A stretch of 64,000 bases of DNA from Octopus vulgaris (lineage: Eukaryota). Position numbers and translations under genes: made by a program. Positions within the stretch are counted from its first letter, which is position 1, and every line of letters begins with the position of its first letter. The notes beneath the pieces are model-generated. The model worked only from the letters and a program-made list of their open reading frames with translations. It searched no databases and was not told the origin of the DNA. The stretch lies in NCBI GenBank assembly GCA_951406725.2, contig OX597821.1, positions 10,912,001 to 10,976,000 on the forward strand, written 5' to 3'. Shown piece after piece: positions 27,901 through 42,250 of the stretch.

Positions 27901-28412
27901 ATTTTCATAAGATATTTCATTCTCTCTCAACTTTTTCTTTGACTATTGATTTCATTGCATAAAATTCCATTTTCTTCCATTATTCACAAGCTTTATTGAA
28001 TTAAATATCTGACATCTTTCTTTTTTTGAGAATTGAAATATACGGTAGGTTTTCTTTTGATTGATTCAAGCAACACAGTAAACAGGAATTCATTGCGAAA
28101 AAGTATTTGGCAGTCACTATCTGAAAAGACGATATATATATGCGTGTACTGTTTATGCATGCCTTCATACATACATGCATACATACATACATACCTACAC
28201 ACACAGACACACACAGACACACACACATACATATATATATATACAGTGTAAATAGAGTTAGCGGTTATAATAGCCGACTAAGGGATAAAATATCCGTATA
28301 TACCATCGGCAGCAGTTACACGTATTATCCTCGGGCATTGGTGTGCAGGCACACCATATACGTAGACTGCAGGTAACAATAGTCTAAGCATGAGTTTATC
28401 AGGAACCAATGT

Positions 28413-28620
28413 AAATAATCAAAATGGAGAAAAGCTAAGATTAACAATGGACCACATTTATAGCATTATAATTGATACAAAGCGTCGCATAAGAGATAGG
28501 TGACGTAATATTTACGTCACCTATTTCTTATGTCATGATTTATATTAATAAATACGCTATAAACGCGGTCCAATCGATGTGTTTGTTAATCTAAGATTTT
28601 CACCATTTTCTGATTATTGG
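28413..28620. repeat. Imperfect ~200-bp palindrome (MITE/foldback-like)
   Basis: Centre taagagataggtgacgtaa-tat-ttacgtcacctatttctta. Outer arms aataatcaaaatgg/ccattttctgattatt and ggaccacatttatagc/gctataaacgcggtcc. Confidence 0.75.
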
Positions 28621-28623
28621 CAT

Positions 28624-28687
<64 letters not shown>

Positions 28688-28823
28688 GCTTCAGGAATTT
28701 TTAGTGCGGCAGAGCTAAGACATTTGAAATTTATCCCTAATGTAATCGGTAAAACTAAACACGTGTCTGTTTTGGCACAGAAAGCTGGGGTTAGTTTTGC
28801 GAATTGTATTTTGTCTGAACGAT

Positions 28824-28896
28824 CGCACTGACGAAACTACGGACATTTGAATTATGCAAGTAATTCTTTTGTTAATAGTTGAAACCGCTGTATGTG
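28824..28896 (+). ncRNA. Type I hammerhead with extended stem II, in a ~370-bp element (28684-29056) within (TA)n
   Basis: cgca-CTGACGA-aacta-[...gaatta-tgcaag-taattc...]-tagtt-GAA-AC-cgct-GT-A-tgtg. Confidence 0.72.
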
Positions 28897-29051
28897 CTTA
28901 ATTCTGTTTTTTATATAATTTTCATATGTCTTCCCCGCCTAATTTGTTCTGGTGTTCGCTGAATTTTCCTCTGGAGAACATTCTTCGTAGTTTGATCGTT
29001 GGTGATCTATTTCTAGTATACGGCCGACTACCTAGCGGTCTTGCCCTCTCA

Positions 29052-29152
<101 letters not shown>

Positions 29153-29188
29153 TAAATAAAACATATGCACATATGCATATGCATATAA

Positions 29189-29592
29189 GGCGCAGGAGTG
29201 GCTGTGTGGTAAGTAGCTTGCTAACCAACCACATGGTTCCGGGTTCAGTCCCACTGCGTGGCATCTTGGGCAAATGTCTTCTGCTATAGCCCCGGGCCGA
29301 CCAATGCCTTGTGAGTGGATTTGGTAGACGGAAACTGAAAGAAGCCTGTCGTATATATGTATATATATATATGTGTGTGTGTGTGCGTTTGTGTTTGTCT
29401 ACCTAGCATTGCTTGACAACCGATGCTGGTGTGTTTACGTCCCCTTCACTTAGCGGTTCGGCATAAGAGACCGATAGAATAAGTACTGGGCTTACAAAGA
29501 ATAAGTCCCGGGGTCGATTTGTTCGACTAAAGGTGGTGCTCCAGCATGGCCGCAGTCAAATGACTGAAACAAGTAAAAGAGAGTAAAGAGTA
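29189..29592 (+). mobile_element. SINE family A
   Basis: Full-length young copy. Confidence 0.92.
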
Positions 29593-30404
29593 TATATGTA
29601 AACATATATGTACGTACCTACCTCTACATGTACATATACATGCATATATGAGTACAGGACACCAAAAAGACGTCGAACACAATGAGAAACGAAAACATAG
29701 GTACAAACCCAAGGAACTGGACATTTTTTGAAACAACAAAAAAATAGTGTACAGGACAATTAACACAGAGAAAAAAACCCTTCTTCAGTCGCTATGGTTT
29801 CATCTACTCTACGTTTCGAAGGTGAAAGCGAGACGTATCTTGAACAAGAAACTTTCCTTCCTGCGAAAAGCAAATCAATTAAAATTTTGAGATCTTTTCG
29901 CGGAGGGGTAAAAAATGATATCAAAAACAGGACAGTAACGACAGTACAAACATGCATATGTGGGTACATGACGTTACCAAGAGTAAATAATATGAAATAC
30001 GAAAGCAAATGAGTCCAATAAGCACAGAGCGAGAGAAACAAATGGAAAACAGGAAAAGTAGTATAACGAACGACCACTCATCAGTCGTCAGCTGTCTAAC
30101 TACTCCTCGTCCTGAGGAATAAACGACAATACGAATCTTCGAAGGGAGATACTCCCATAAGTATCAGAATAAAATTTGAGACTTATCGAGAGTCACATTT
30201 GGGAGCAAAACAGGATAGTGGAGACATACAAGGAAACCGAACGAAAACACGGACACCCGGAAACTGATCAATGGTCGTTCTTTATGTTACTTGTACTGTT
30301 TTCCATTTGTTTCTCTTGAAATTTGCGTACAGAATACATTTGCTTTCGTAAATCATGTTGTTTACTTTTGGTGACCTTCTGTATCCATATATGCATGAAA
30401 AAAT

Positions 30405-30460
<56 letters not shown>

Positions 30461-30503
30461 TGTGTGTGTGTATGCATATATATATATATATTTATATATG
30501 TGC

Positions 30504-30537
<34 letters not shown>

Positions 30538-31054
30538 TACATATAGGCATATGATGTGCGTGTGTGTGTGTACATGCCTAACTACGAACGCTAATGTCCC
30601 TCTTCTAAACGTGACAATATAATGCCTCTAGTTCTAGTGATTTCTATATCATCCCGTCACCTATTTCCGCCCTTTTAACATGTCTTCTGTTCTCTCTTCT
30701 ACTTGAATTTATCTTTCTCCTCCTCCCCCCGCCCCCATAGAATAGCCTTTCCAACAGGTTACTGTTTGTTATAGCCAGAAATGGCTCTGACGGAAATAGA
30801 ATTAACATTAAGATGTTCAATTTACCTCAATTGATCAATAGAGTAATTGAGTAAACCCATCAATAATGTATCTATAACGACTACTAAAGCAGCTGCAAAT
30901 TAAATTTGATCCAACAAAGTTAAAATATGCTTCATATATCAGACTGTGTAAAAGTATATTTCTGTGAGTCCATCCACGGATTTTCTTGAAGTATTTTGCC
31001 CAGATTTATAATCCCTCAATATTTGTCCCATTTATACACACACACACACGCACG

Positions 31055-31135
<81 letters not shown>

Positions 31136-31287
31136 ATAGTGATAGACCAACGTTAAGATGTCGGACTGTTTAGATATAAATTAGTATGCGTTTGGTCCAT
31201 CTTTGAATTTTGTGATGTTCCTGTGGTTGTTTCTCGCATTGCCTCACATTGGATAAAAAAGTATATATGTTTATGTATATATATATG

Positions 31288-31338
<51 letters not shown>

Positions 31339-31384
31339 CGTGTATGTATACACATTCATATATATATATATATATATCTGACTA

Positions 31385-31435
<51 letters not shown>

Positions 31436-31823
31436 TTGTGTGTGTGTGAGTGTGTGTGTGTGTGTGTGTGTTGTTTTAATTTGTGTTGCAAGTCTCCTGA
31501 AGTACAACCGTGTTTTGAAATAGATATTGTTGTTTTTTGGGATGGTCATTTATTTGTGGTTGGGAGTCACACATAAACACACACGCTATATATTCAATAT
31601 ACACTCGTTAATTACTGTTCATATTATTAACTCATGTCTGTTGTCCGCAAATCTTTCGACACACATCTGTGACTTAATCACTGACAATTTCCGTCCTTCG
31701 GTGTGCTCCTGTTCTGCTTAGTAGAGACAGAATGGACTAAACTGAGCAAGAGCACAAGGGAGGACGAAAAGTGTAAAGAAAGATATCACGTAAGCGTGCG
31801 AAAAAAAATTACAGATTATGGGC

Positions 31824-32277
<454 letters not shown>

Positions 32278-34239
32278 TTGTAACGTAATATGTGACAATT
32301 ATTCGGTCGGCTGCCATGATAAAACTCAGACTTTTGGATGTCGGGGCGGAACCCTGCACGGCATCTCTTCAGTTGTCGAGGCAATTTTAAATATGCTGAG
32401 AAAATGACCGTTAAACAAAGGGAAATTACTATGTAAAGACAAAAGAGCTACTAGAATGACCGTTAACTAAGGGAGAAACCGAAGGCTAGGAAGTAAAAAG
32501 TAAAAGGTAAAGGAATAGCAATCACGTGTGCGTGCATTTAGGTGCATACACATGCGCGCATGCACACCCACCTACATGTGCCTATATGCATCTGTTCACG
32601 CAGACTCACATGAAACACACACATGCGCACCCACGCATACGTCAAATAGATGCACATATATATGCAACCCTGCACGTACTCGTTTAGCAATCCGCACACA
32701 CGCGCGTACATATACACACGCACATTTGCCCATACCCAAACGCGCAGAGTTATATTCAAATACGCACGCGCGCACACATGCACACACACGTGCACGAAAC
32801 CATACGAGCAAAGATATATTCAAATGCACGTCTGAAAAGCATACATGTTATATGGACATATCGTCACTTACACTCGCGTACCGCACACATGCACACAGAC
32901 GCGACAGCAGGCACGCCCATACGCGGACACAAAATTTCATATACACGTCTGTATACGTGCACAAGAAAATTGCGTGTTGAAAGGTAAAATACAGGAAAAA
33001 AGGTGTAAAAATATAGAAGGCAATAAAAATATTAAAATATATCTCTATAAGTATGTAAAAAATATGTAAAAATATATATAAGAAATATATATAAAAAGTA
33101 TAGAGAGAAAAAACTATACGTGGACACGATATAAAAGCAAGTTCTATCTGTGACCTTGGGAGGACCACATCTGGACATGATCCAAAAAGTTAAGTTCTTG
33201 CATTTAGACACGTAGCGGGGTCTAAGCTGCTTTTCCAGATAAACCATCTTTCTATATCACAAAGACCGCACTTACCACTGCCGTTGGTATATGGCTTACA
33301 CTTGGCTAAAATCTTCCAATGGATGTTGTAACTGACACATTTACCTTTTAAGGACCATATGTGACTGGATAATTTGGTAGTTTTCGTTTTATCCCAGTGA
33401 CTAAATCTCAGTGTGTGATTATTGAACCTGGCCTTGAAATTGCTCGCTGTAAGGCCCCCATATTTCTTTGTCGAAACTGTGTCCTTAGTGGTTGTACAGT
33501 CTACGGTGGCTTCATAAATGATTGTCTCGAACATGCAAGCTTCATTTAGCGGGCACAGATTTTTATCCCTGCATGAACAGCTGGTTTTATTTTGTGTTTT
33601 GGCTTTCCTTTTGTGTGTGATTATATTTTTAAAATTAGTAGTTGAGCTGAAACTGAATTTTAAGCTATGTTTAATGTAGAGCTTTCTGTACCAATGGTTG
33701 ACTGGAAATGTCTATCTATCAGTGCTAAGAAATACTTGCCTATATTAAAGGTCACTTCGGGGGAGTAGGGGTGTGTAAACCAGATAGCTTTCCTATTCCT
33801 ATGTTTCTTTTTTTTTTTATTATAGGACTGGTTACAGGTGAATAGGTTATTTCCTCGCAAAATCCACTATCTTTAAAGCCATATTATATACTGGGGCATC
33901 GCTATTTAAAATATCCCTATCGGAAGAGAAGCTAGAAATTCTTTTGCTTATGTTTCTAACTATTTTTTTTAACAAAATGGGGTGATGGCAGGAACCCACA
34001 TTAATATAACTAGGATAATTTTTGAGCTTCCTATAAGGCTTATAAATATTCTTATTTAGATCTAAGAATACATCTAGGAAATTCACAACCGCCAGGATGG
34101 TATCTGTAGTTATGCTAAGACCGAAAGTTTTCATTTTTTGGATAATGTCCTTCCTAAGCCGTTTTTGTGGTGGTCCATTCGTATTTGCGGTTAAAGCTAA
34201 GGCATCATCTTTATAAATGTTTTTAACCGTAAATACCAA

Positions 34240-34240
<1 letters not shown>
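32278..34240 (-). mobile_element. Degraded PLE (Naiad-like architecture) with 3' pLTR at ~32278-32520
   Basis: KDDAL..NGP..RLRKDII..VNFLDV..YKPYRK..SCHHP (RT); RKAIWFTHPYS; CSCRDKNLCPLNEAC linker; IIYEATV..KYGGLT..FKARFNNH..LSSHIWSLK..CGLCDIE (GIY-YIG). Clade name is tentative. Confidence 0.85.
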
Positions 34241-34720
<480 letters not shown>

Positions 34721-34783
34721 GTATATATGTATACATATATATATATATATTATATATATATATATATACATATGTATATATGT

Positions 34784-34823
<40 letters not shown>

Positions 34824-35943
34824 GTACGCACACAGATGTATACAAAAGTATATATATGCATATAAATGGAAACGATTTAGATGGATAAATAAAGAAGTAG
34901 AAATAAATCTCTTTTCCTAAGCACTACAGCAAATGATTATTATGTATTTGTTACGTAAGATTTATATATTACCATGTTATATTTAATCACCATCGAAAAA
35001 CAATGTTACGTTTTAAGAAATCTAAGCAATAATTTGTATAACTTCAGGCCTACCAATTCTACTGTGATTTATTTTTTATCATTAGAAACGCACCGGAAAT
35101 GTATGTGGAAATATTATTAGGTTATATATCTAACATCGTTATTATTCACGATGAATCTATTTTTTCTAACCATGATGAATTGCTTCTATAGATAATATAA
35201 TATTGCCGAACAATCTTTTAAAAGAATACGCTTCGATTGATAAATACCATTAGCACCAAAATGGCGCTTTTCCCTCCCGTTAAAACAAATTTTGTTTTGT
35301 CATATTCTTTCTGAAAAAAAAAGAAATTTCTTCACCATTTACATATCAAAGCATACTCCTAGTGCTACATAAATGAATTAAACATAGTAAATATAATATT
35401 TTTCTCTCTACTTTCCTTCCTCTTTTATATTTAAATCATTTTCCTTCATGAAAATCGAGTTGATGTTATCAATGAAAATATATCCAAACACTGAACACAT
35501 ATATAAATTAAGTATTCAATGCTAGCTGCTTTCCTATTGGTTATACATCGACACGCTACCATACTCTGCGCAGCAGTGAGTGCATAGCACGGACTTTCGA
35601 AACTGGAGTCTCAGTGCATTTCTTTTCAGTCCCGTACAGTGTATGACACTCTGCCAACAGCAACACTCTTACTCATATGAGGAAAGGGCGATCACTTGGA
35701 CAAACTTAGTAGATAGAAAAGGTAGGTAGGCACACATAGTGGAAAGGAGAAAGAGTGCACTTTGACAGGGGAAATATAGTGTGTTATAATATCTTCAGGG
35801 CTTGATACTTAGGAACCAGAAGAGCTCATCTACTGAGTTCAACATGAAGACACTATCAGTAGGCTTCTTTCGCTGGAGATGAAAGAGTACGGTGTAGATA
35901 TGGTCTAAATGATTGCAAGATATTATTTTCAGTTCAAAGGAAT

Positions 35944-36790
35944 TCGAGGTGGTTTAAGTCTGTTCCTGGTCTTGTGCTATATCGCGCCAACCGGTGCTAG
36001 GTGTGAGCTGGCAGTGAACTTCATGAGGCGGCGAGCTTAGTGATATTGCTGTAGTTTATGTGGTCACGTAAATGCCATAGTCTGCGATTTTGTCATGGAA
36101 AGAAACAAAGAGACAACGCGAAAGTTTACGAAAATCTTGGGATGTTTGATAAAGAGACATTGAGAGTACTTCGACAAGATTACAGCACTGCCTCCTACGC
36201 CATGTTTCGAGTGGTATGGGCGCTTCAAAAGCAAAAGAACGTCGCTGGAAGTTGATGAGTGATTTGGAAGAACTTCCACGAACGCTACACCCGGAAATAT
36301 GGTATTGGGCATCGTGAGTTCGACCCACCAGAGCTGAACCGACAATTGAGAGTTATACTGCGAAGCATTCAGCAAGGGCGTCCGGACTTGTGGAGCGCTA
36401 AAAATTTGTTTCGTCACGACGATAATGCACCGTCATCGAGCCCTCCTTATTCGTGAGGTTCTCGACAAAACAACATAGTATCGCACTACACCCGCGCTAT
36501 TCGCCAAATTTAATAGCTGTGGACATCAATTTCTCCAAGATGAAAATGCAGTTCAAATTTCACCGTTTTAACCCCGTTGTTGAGTTCCATAGCAAATTAC
36601 AGAAGGTCTTTGACTCGCTTACGAAAAGCTAATTCCAGATTGGATTTCAAAGGTAGCAGGGACACTGGGACCGGTGTATTGCTGCGCAATCCGATCATCT
36701 CGAAGAAGATGATCTTAAAACTTAGGTAAATATGTTATTTTTTTAATTAATGATGACTAGTCCGGGAACCTGTTGATATCAACTCTTATA
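35944..36790 (+). mobile_element. Mariner-type transposon remnant, internally deleted
   Basis: RPDLWSAKNLFRHDDNAP and a downstream HP.YSP-like region. Degenerate TIRs cgaggtggt..gttcctgg / ccgggaac..atcaactct. Confidence 0.75.
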
Positions 36791-37703
36791 TTGCAAGCTG
36801 TTAGGGTAAGGATATTTAAAATTCAGGTTTTTATTACCTCAGGCGACGGCATTCAAATATAACACCCAAAGGTTAATCCAAGTAGTGGATTATAGGGATT
36901 GGAACTTAGGGATCTGTTTCATTTAGTGTTATAACGATTGTTTTATTATCGGTTCGTACATTTGACTAAATTATGTATGGAATTGTAGATAACGATGGTT
37001 CAATAAGTAAATTATGTATCAACATGCACATAACACCGGCAAACAGAAAATTATATACGAATATGAAGATAATAAGCTATTGCTAAGAAAATTATGAATG
37101 GATCCGTTGATAACACCGTCTCAACAAGGAAATTATATATGAATATGCAGATAACAGCTGATCAGTGAAGAACTAAACGGCAGAGAATATTCTGTTTTAT
37201 AAAAACTATTAAGGCATGTTTAGTTAGATTAGCGTTCAGTGTACAGGACAGAGTGAATATAATGCATTGCAAAAGAGTAAAATACATGGCTATGAATTAA
37301 TATTCAAACACATATAAACATAATTAACAGTGCAAATCCAAAGTAAACACGCTTTCTCATTCACTAGGTCTTCAACGCCTCAAAGCTAACCAAGAGAATT
37401 TCAATAGAGAAGAAATAACTTATCTGAGACACAATTCAGCTAGAAGTTAATGCTGCTTTAGTACGTAACTGAGACAAAACACTTAGAATTTAAACGAATA
37501 CTGTATAACAGCAGGATTCCTGAAAACAAGCTACTCTTAAAATTCTCTCCAAGATTTCAAATACATATTCAAATTACATTATTTACAATTGACGGATATG
37601 TCCTCATCTTGTTTGTTGTTGGCCGATATAACCTCCGGCCTTCATCAGGTGTCTTGGAGAAATTTCGAACCTGAGTTCTCATTGTTGCTGTTGTTGTTAT
37701 TAC

Positions 37704-37742
<39 letters not shown>

Positions 37743-38331
37743 TACTGCCTGGAATCGAACTTGGAATCTTGGGTTTAGTAGCCCCCTTAACCACTACGCT
37801 CTGTTCCCGTGGGCAATTATGTTGTGAATGTCCGGGCTTATAAATCTAGCATTCTCCTATCCTTCCTTAATACTGGTTCCCATATGTTGTTCACATCTGC
37901 ACTCGGTCTGCTTAGGAGGTTGTTGTATCCTAGCATATCTGCTGCTTCTTTTAGTTTTCGTATTTTCTAGTGGTGCCTGTGTCTATTATATTACCTTCAT
38001 CCCACAGGCATGAAGGTAAAATAATAGACACAGAAATAAGGTTAGACGAACATCGCAAACCTGTGACACGGGGAGATATTGATAAATCAGGTATAGCTGA
38101 TGACGTATGGGAAAATGGAGACCACCTCCCCCTATGGAATGAAGTTAAAATACTAGACAGAGAACATCACCAGAAAATACGAAAAGTAAAAGAAGCAGCC
38201 CATTTGCTAGGACACAACAACCCCCTAAGCAGACCGAGTGCAGATATGAACAGCATATGGGAACAGGTATTAAGGAAAAATAGGAGAATATTAGATTTAT
38301 AAGCCCTAAAATTCACTCCATAATTGCCCAA

Positions 38332-38404
38332 GGGCATATGGCGTAGTGGTTAAGAGCGCGGGCTACTAACACAAAGATTCCGAGTTTGATTGCAGGCAGT
38401 GACC
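38332..38404 (+). other. 73-nt tRNA-like / Pol III promoter-like module inside the pLTR (second copy ~37744-37808, - strand)
   Basis: A-box TGGCGTAGTGG; anticodon-like loop CT-ACT-AA; B-box GTTTGATT here and GTTCGATTCC in the inverted copy. Confidence 0.7.
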
Positions 38405-38487
38405 TGAATAATAATAATAATAATAATAACAACAACAACAGCAACAACAACACCATCGAAAAATACCCAGATTCGAAATTTCTTCAA

Positions 38488-38533
38488 GACAACTGATGAA
38501 GGGTGGAGGGTATATCAGCCGAAACGTTGTGTT
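38488..38533 (+). ncRNA. Minimal hammerhead motif in the pLTR
   Basis: gacaa-CTGATGA-agggtg..cagcc-GAA-ACGT-T-gtgtt. The inverted copy reads gacac-CTGATGA-aggccg..cggcc but has lost the GAAA segment. Confidence 0.65.
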
Positions 38534-38694
38534 AACAACAAACACGATGAGGACAAATATTCGTCAAGTGTAAATAATGTACATAATTCCTCATCTCTTA
38601 AATATAGAACTGTACATATTCAAATTGTTATCACTTTCTCTCTCTCCCACACATGTATACACACATACATACGCATGTATATATATGTATGTAC

Positions 38695-38743
<49 letters not shown>

Positions 38744-40044
38744 CTTATGTGTGCATGTAAGTATGTGTGTGTAGTGTGTGTCGGGTATATGTGTGTGTAT
38801 CTCTGTGTCTAAAGTTTTATATGAATGTATACAGGGATTTAATACATTTTAAAAGCCTATAAAATGCAAATTTGAAATAAAATAGTATTCTGACTTCATC
38901 GCTTCGTCTTTCGATTTATATTTCAAATTTGCTTTATAATGGCTTTCAAACAATTTAAACTTTAAATATCAAACAATACTTGACATAAACATCACTCCTC
39001 TAATATTCACAATACTAGACACAGGAACACATATAGATACACACACGCTCACACACACACATACACACACATATACTCTTACACACATACACACACATAT
39101 ATATATATAATGACGTTGGGTAGTCATTGAACCTATACACTAGATGAACATTGCACCATCACGCTCCAGTAAGAGATTTTTGTTTCAACGAACCAGAAAA
39201 TATAATGATCGACCACAATTTTATAAAATCATAACGTTTGAAAAACTAGTAATCTCTCTAATAATAGAAAGTTTGGGAGAGATTTTGATTTAAGGAATTG
39301 TGTACTAAACTATCAAATAGCAATTTTTTTAAGCATTGCAGAAAAACTATAATTATAATCATGGAATTTTAAATTCCGTTTTTTAAGTGAAATACATTAA
39401 CAATAATATGATGACATCAGAGGTAAAGCATGTTCTGTGAATTTTAGTGCATAGATACCTGTCTCCCACACAGATAAAAAGGAAATCTTGAAACCTCAGG
39501 AAATGTGTTGAAGGATGAAACATTCGATTGCAAAGAAGAAACACGCACAGCAAATAATATGAATTGCTAGCAGAGTGGTCATGTTATCGATATTTCTTTA
39601 GAAGGAAGAAAACACAGCATGATACACCCGCGGTGTAAAGATTACAGATGACAGATAAGAGAATAGAATAAATCAAAGTGAACATTTTTTTTCAAATAGA
39701 ACAACGATAGAAATAGTTACACACTAATCATATTTTAACAAACTTTATAATGCTAGCCTACTGATGAAGATTTTTCTCATGTTCAGAAGTTATATAGGTT
39801 TACTTTATGAAACATTTAACATCACTACACTGCTCCACGAATGAGTCTCTCAAAGTCTAACATCATTATGGGTGTGTGTGTGTGTTTGTGTACGATTGCA
39901 TTGTTCTATCTCGCCACCCATCTGTCTATGTTACTTTATTTACTTTATTTACATACACAAATACATACACGCACACACACAAACACTCACACACACACGC
40001 ATAGATATATATGGAGAGAGAGACAGACACAACAGACATACAAA

Positions 40045-40057
40045 TAGACAGACAGAC

Positions 40058-40120
<63 letters not shown>

Positions 40121-40121
40121 C

Positions 40122-40168
<47 letters not shown>

Positions 40169-40169
40169 C

Positions 40170-40260
<91 letters not shown>

Positions 40261-40270
40261 CTGACAGACA
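40045..40270. repeat. (GATA)n microsatellite
   Basis: Direct reading. Confidence 0.95.
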
Positions 40271-40598
40271 GGCAGGCATTCACGCATACTCGCTTTATTA
40301 CAGGTATTTCAGACTTCGGGATTTGAAGACACGTCACCACGATTCAAAACACGAAGTGATTTCTCGTAATTGTAATCAGTTTAGCATACTTTAAATTGGT
40401 CTATTTTTTGTGTTTCCATTATTTACAAGAGCTGGTTTTCAAGCATTAATTTATTAAGGAATTTTCTGTAGATGACTTTGCTCTTCATTAATGGATTATT
40501 TAAATGTTCTACTTTTATTGTTATATATAGATTTAAATTTGTAATCTGCTTCGCATTAACATAGCCACGGTATGTCCTCTATATATATGTCAATTTCG

Positions 40599-40983
40599 TG
40601 GAGGCGCAATGGCCCAGTGGTTAGGGCAGCGGACTCGCGGTCGTAGGATCGCGGTTTCGATTCCCAGACCGGGCGTTGTGAGTGTTTATTGAGCGAAAAC
40701 ACCTAAAGCTCCACGAGGCTCCGGCAGGGATGGTGGTGATCCCTACTGTACTGTTTCGCCATAACTTTCTCTCACTCTTACTTCCTGTTTCTGTTGTACC
40801 TGTATTTCAAAGGGCCGGCCTTGTCATTCTCTGTGTCACGCTGAATATCCCCGAGAACTACGTTAAGGGTACACGTGTCTGTGGAGTGCTCAGCCACATA
40901 CACGCTAATTTCACGAGCAGGTTGTTCCGTTGATCGGATCAACCGGAACCCTCATCGTCGTAACCGACGGAGTGCTTCTATCC
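40599..40983 (+). mobile_element. tRNA(Arg-like, TCG)-derived SINE family C, tail type 2, with 14-bp TSD
   Basis: A-box tggcccagtgg and B-box gtttcgattccc. TSD atatgtcaatttcg at 40585-40598 and 40984-40997. Confidence 0.9.
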
Positions 40984-41299
40984 ATATGTCAATTTCGGAA
41001 TCTGTTCTGATTTTCCAAACGAGTTGGTACTCTCTATTCTTCAGACACTTTGTTGGTTAACCTCTCATTGCCGGGTGAATGAGTGTACCTCTTTTGCTTC
41101 ACTATAATCTTCATTTTGATTACGTCACTAACAAACGTATCAGGCGTCTTAAGTGTTTCTATTTTATAGTACTGTGATTTGCTTAAGTCCTAGTTGTGTT
41201 ACTCTTTTATGATTAGTATTATTATGCATGCACTGATTTTCATCTGCTGTGTTACTATCGGATATTTATTCTGGTTAAAGTATTGGGTATTATTTTACA

Positions 41300-42250
41300 C
41301 ACTGCATATATTTTAGCGTGTGCAACGTGATATCATAAATTTCTTTTTGGGGCAAGCATATTAGCTTATGTTCTAATGCTATATTTTCTGGGGTAACATA
41401 AGGAGAACATGCACTTGAACCTTTATTTAAGGAATGACACTAATTGGCGTACTCGTTTTTGTATTCATATTTATATAAATTGTCTTAAATTCGAAACGAT
41501 ATTCCATAGGGATGCGATATTATTCTATAAATAATGGTGGACACGTGTATGTGTTGTGAGTAGCTATTTTGGGACTTTTCCTCGTAGCTCTGATATACAA
41601 ATATCATTGGTTGTTCCCTCTTACATTACTAATGTCTTACACATAAATGTTTGTTAGGTAATTACACATGGGGGGTTTGGTTCACGCCACTTTCAGTTAC
41701 TTATATTTTTGTCTGTGAGCTCATATATTCACTGTATATAGCGATCTATATCGTGTGTATAATATTTTCAAGATTTTGTGAAACTGATTCTAGCACCTAC
41801 GCCGTTGTTCTTGAGATATTTGTGTCTATATTGCTCGTTCGTTTTTTATGCAACCGTAGGTAATAGTTTTGTTGCTCCTCTTAAATACTTTGTAGTCGTT
41901 ACAGTCTATAAGGAACCGCATAGGGATCAGATTTGAAAATTATTTTCTCAGTTTGTCACTATATTTATGCCGAAGTGTGGGATGAAACAAAAGTTACCTC
42001 CTTGCTCCGTTTGCGTTATCATTACTTTCGGTAGCTGGAGTTAAGACAATTTTATGACCAAGTTCTGAACTACAATATTATATACGAACAGGAGAGATGA
42101 ACTAAATATGTTGTTAAGCAATGAACTACACTATTTCGAAAAATTGGTATACTTTCTGAGAACTGATTGTATCGTTAAGACATGCTGTTATAAAAGAAGA
42201 TATCGACGTTGGTGCTTTTGTGCAATGATTTTATTAAAGGTGCATCTACA
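41300..42250 (-). mobile_element. Very old Naiad-like PLE remnant
   Basis: - strand fragments FHPTL..FSNLI..YKVFKRSNKTITYGCIKN and LYIRATRKSPK..THN resemble the WFNPP..KIFNR..K.SYSCM.N and YIG.T..K.R..NH motifs. Confidence 0.4.

Larger units (their letters stand above)
37575..38615 (+). mobile_element. Heavily truncated PLE (Penelope/Poseidon-like EN C-terminus) with inverted pLTRs
   Basis: ORF 37970-38302 gives IRLDEHRK..KSGIADDVWENGDH...W.EVKILDRE...RKVKEA. Inverted arms are ~37575-38008 and ~38131-38581. Confidence 0.85.

Noticed and set aside
29778-30115. Two - strand motifs resembling permuted (type II) hammerheads (GAAA...CTGAAGA; ...CTGATGA)
   Set aside because: Stem I cannot be formed and the second copy lacks GAAA. 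A family consensus would be needed.
30783-30845. Degenerate HHR (ctgacgg ... palindrome attgatcaat-a-gagt)
   Set aside because: Both core boxes are mutated; suggestive only.
33190-33600. Selenocysteine-encoding Naiad PLE
   Set aside because: The linker and C-terminal cysteines are TGT/TGC codons; no in-frame TGA at conserved Cys positions was seen.
38332-38404. Functional tRNA-Ser(ACT) gene
   Set aside because: Acceptor and anticodon stems pair poorly, there is no long variable arm, and it is embedded in a pLTR. Kept only as a tRNA-like module.
39757-39798. ccta-CTGATGA...GAAG..tagg HHR-like motif
   Set aside because: No stem II and GAAA is broken; compatible with chance.
41100-42230. Hydrophobic + strand frames suggesting a membrane-protein/GPCR pseudogene
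   Set aside because: Many stops; better explained as the antisense of an A-rich PLE remnant.
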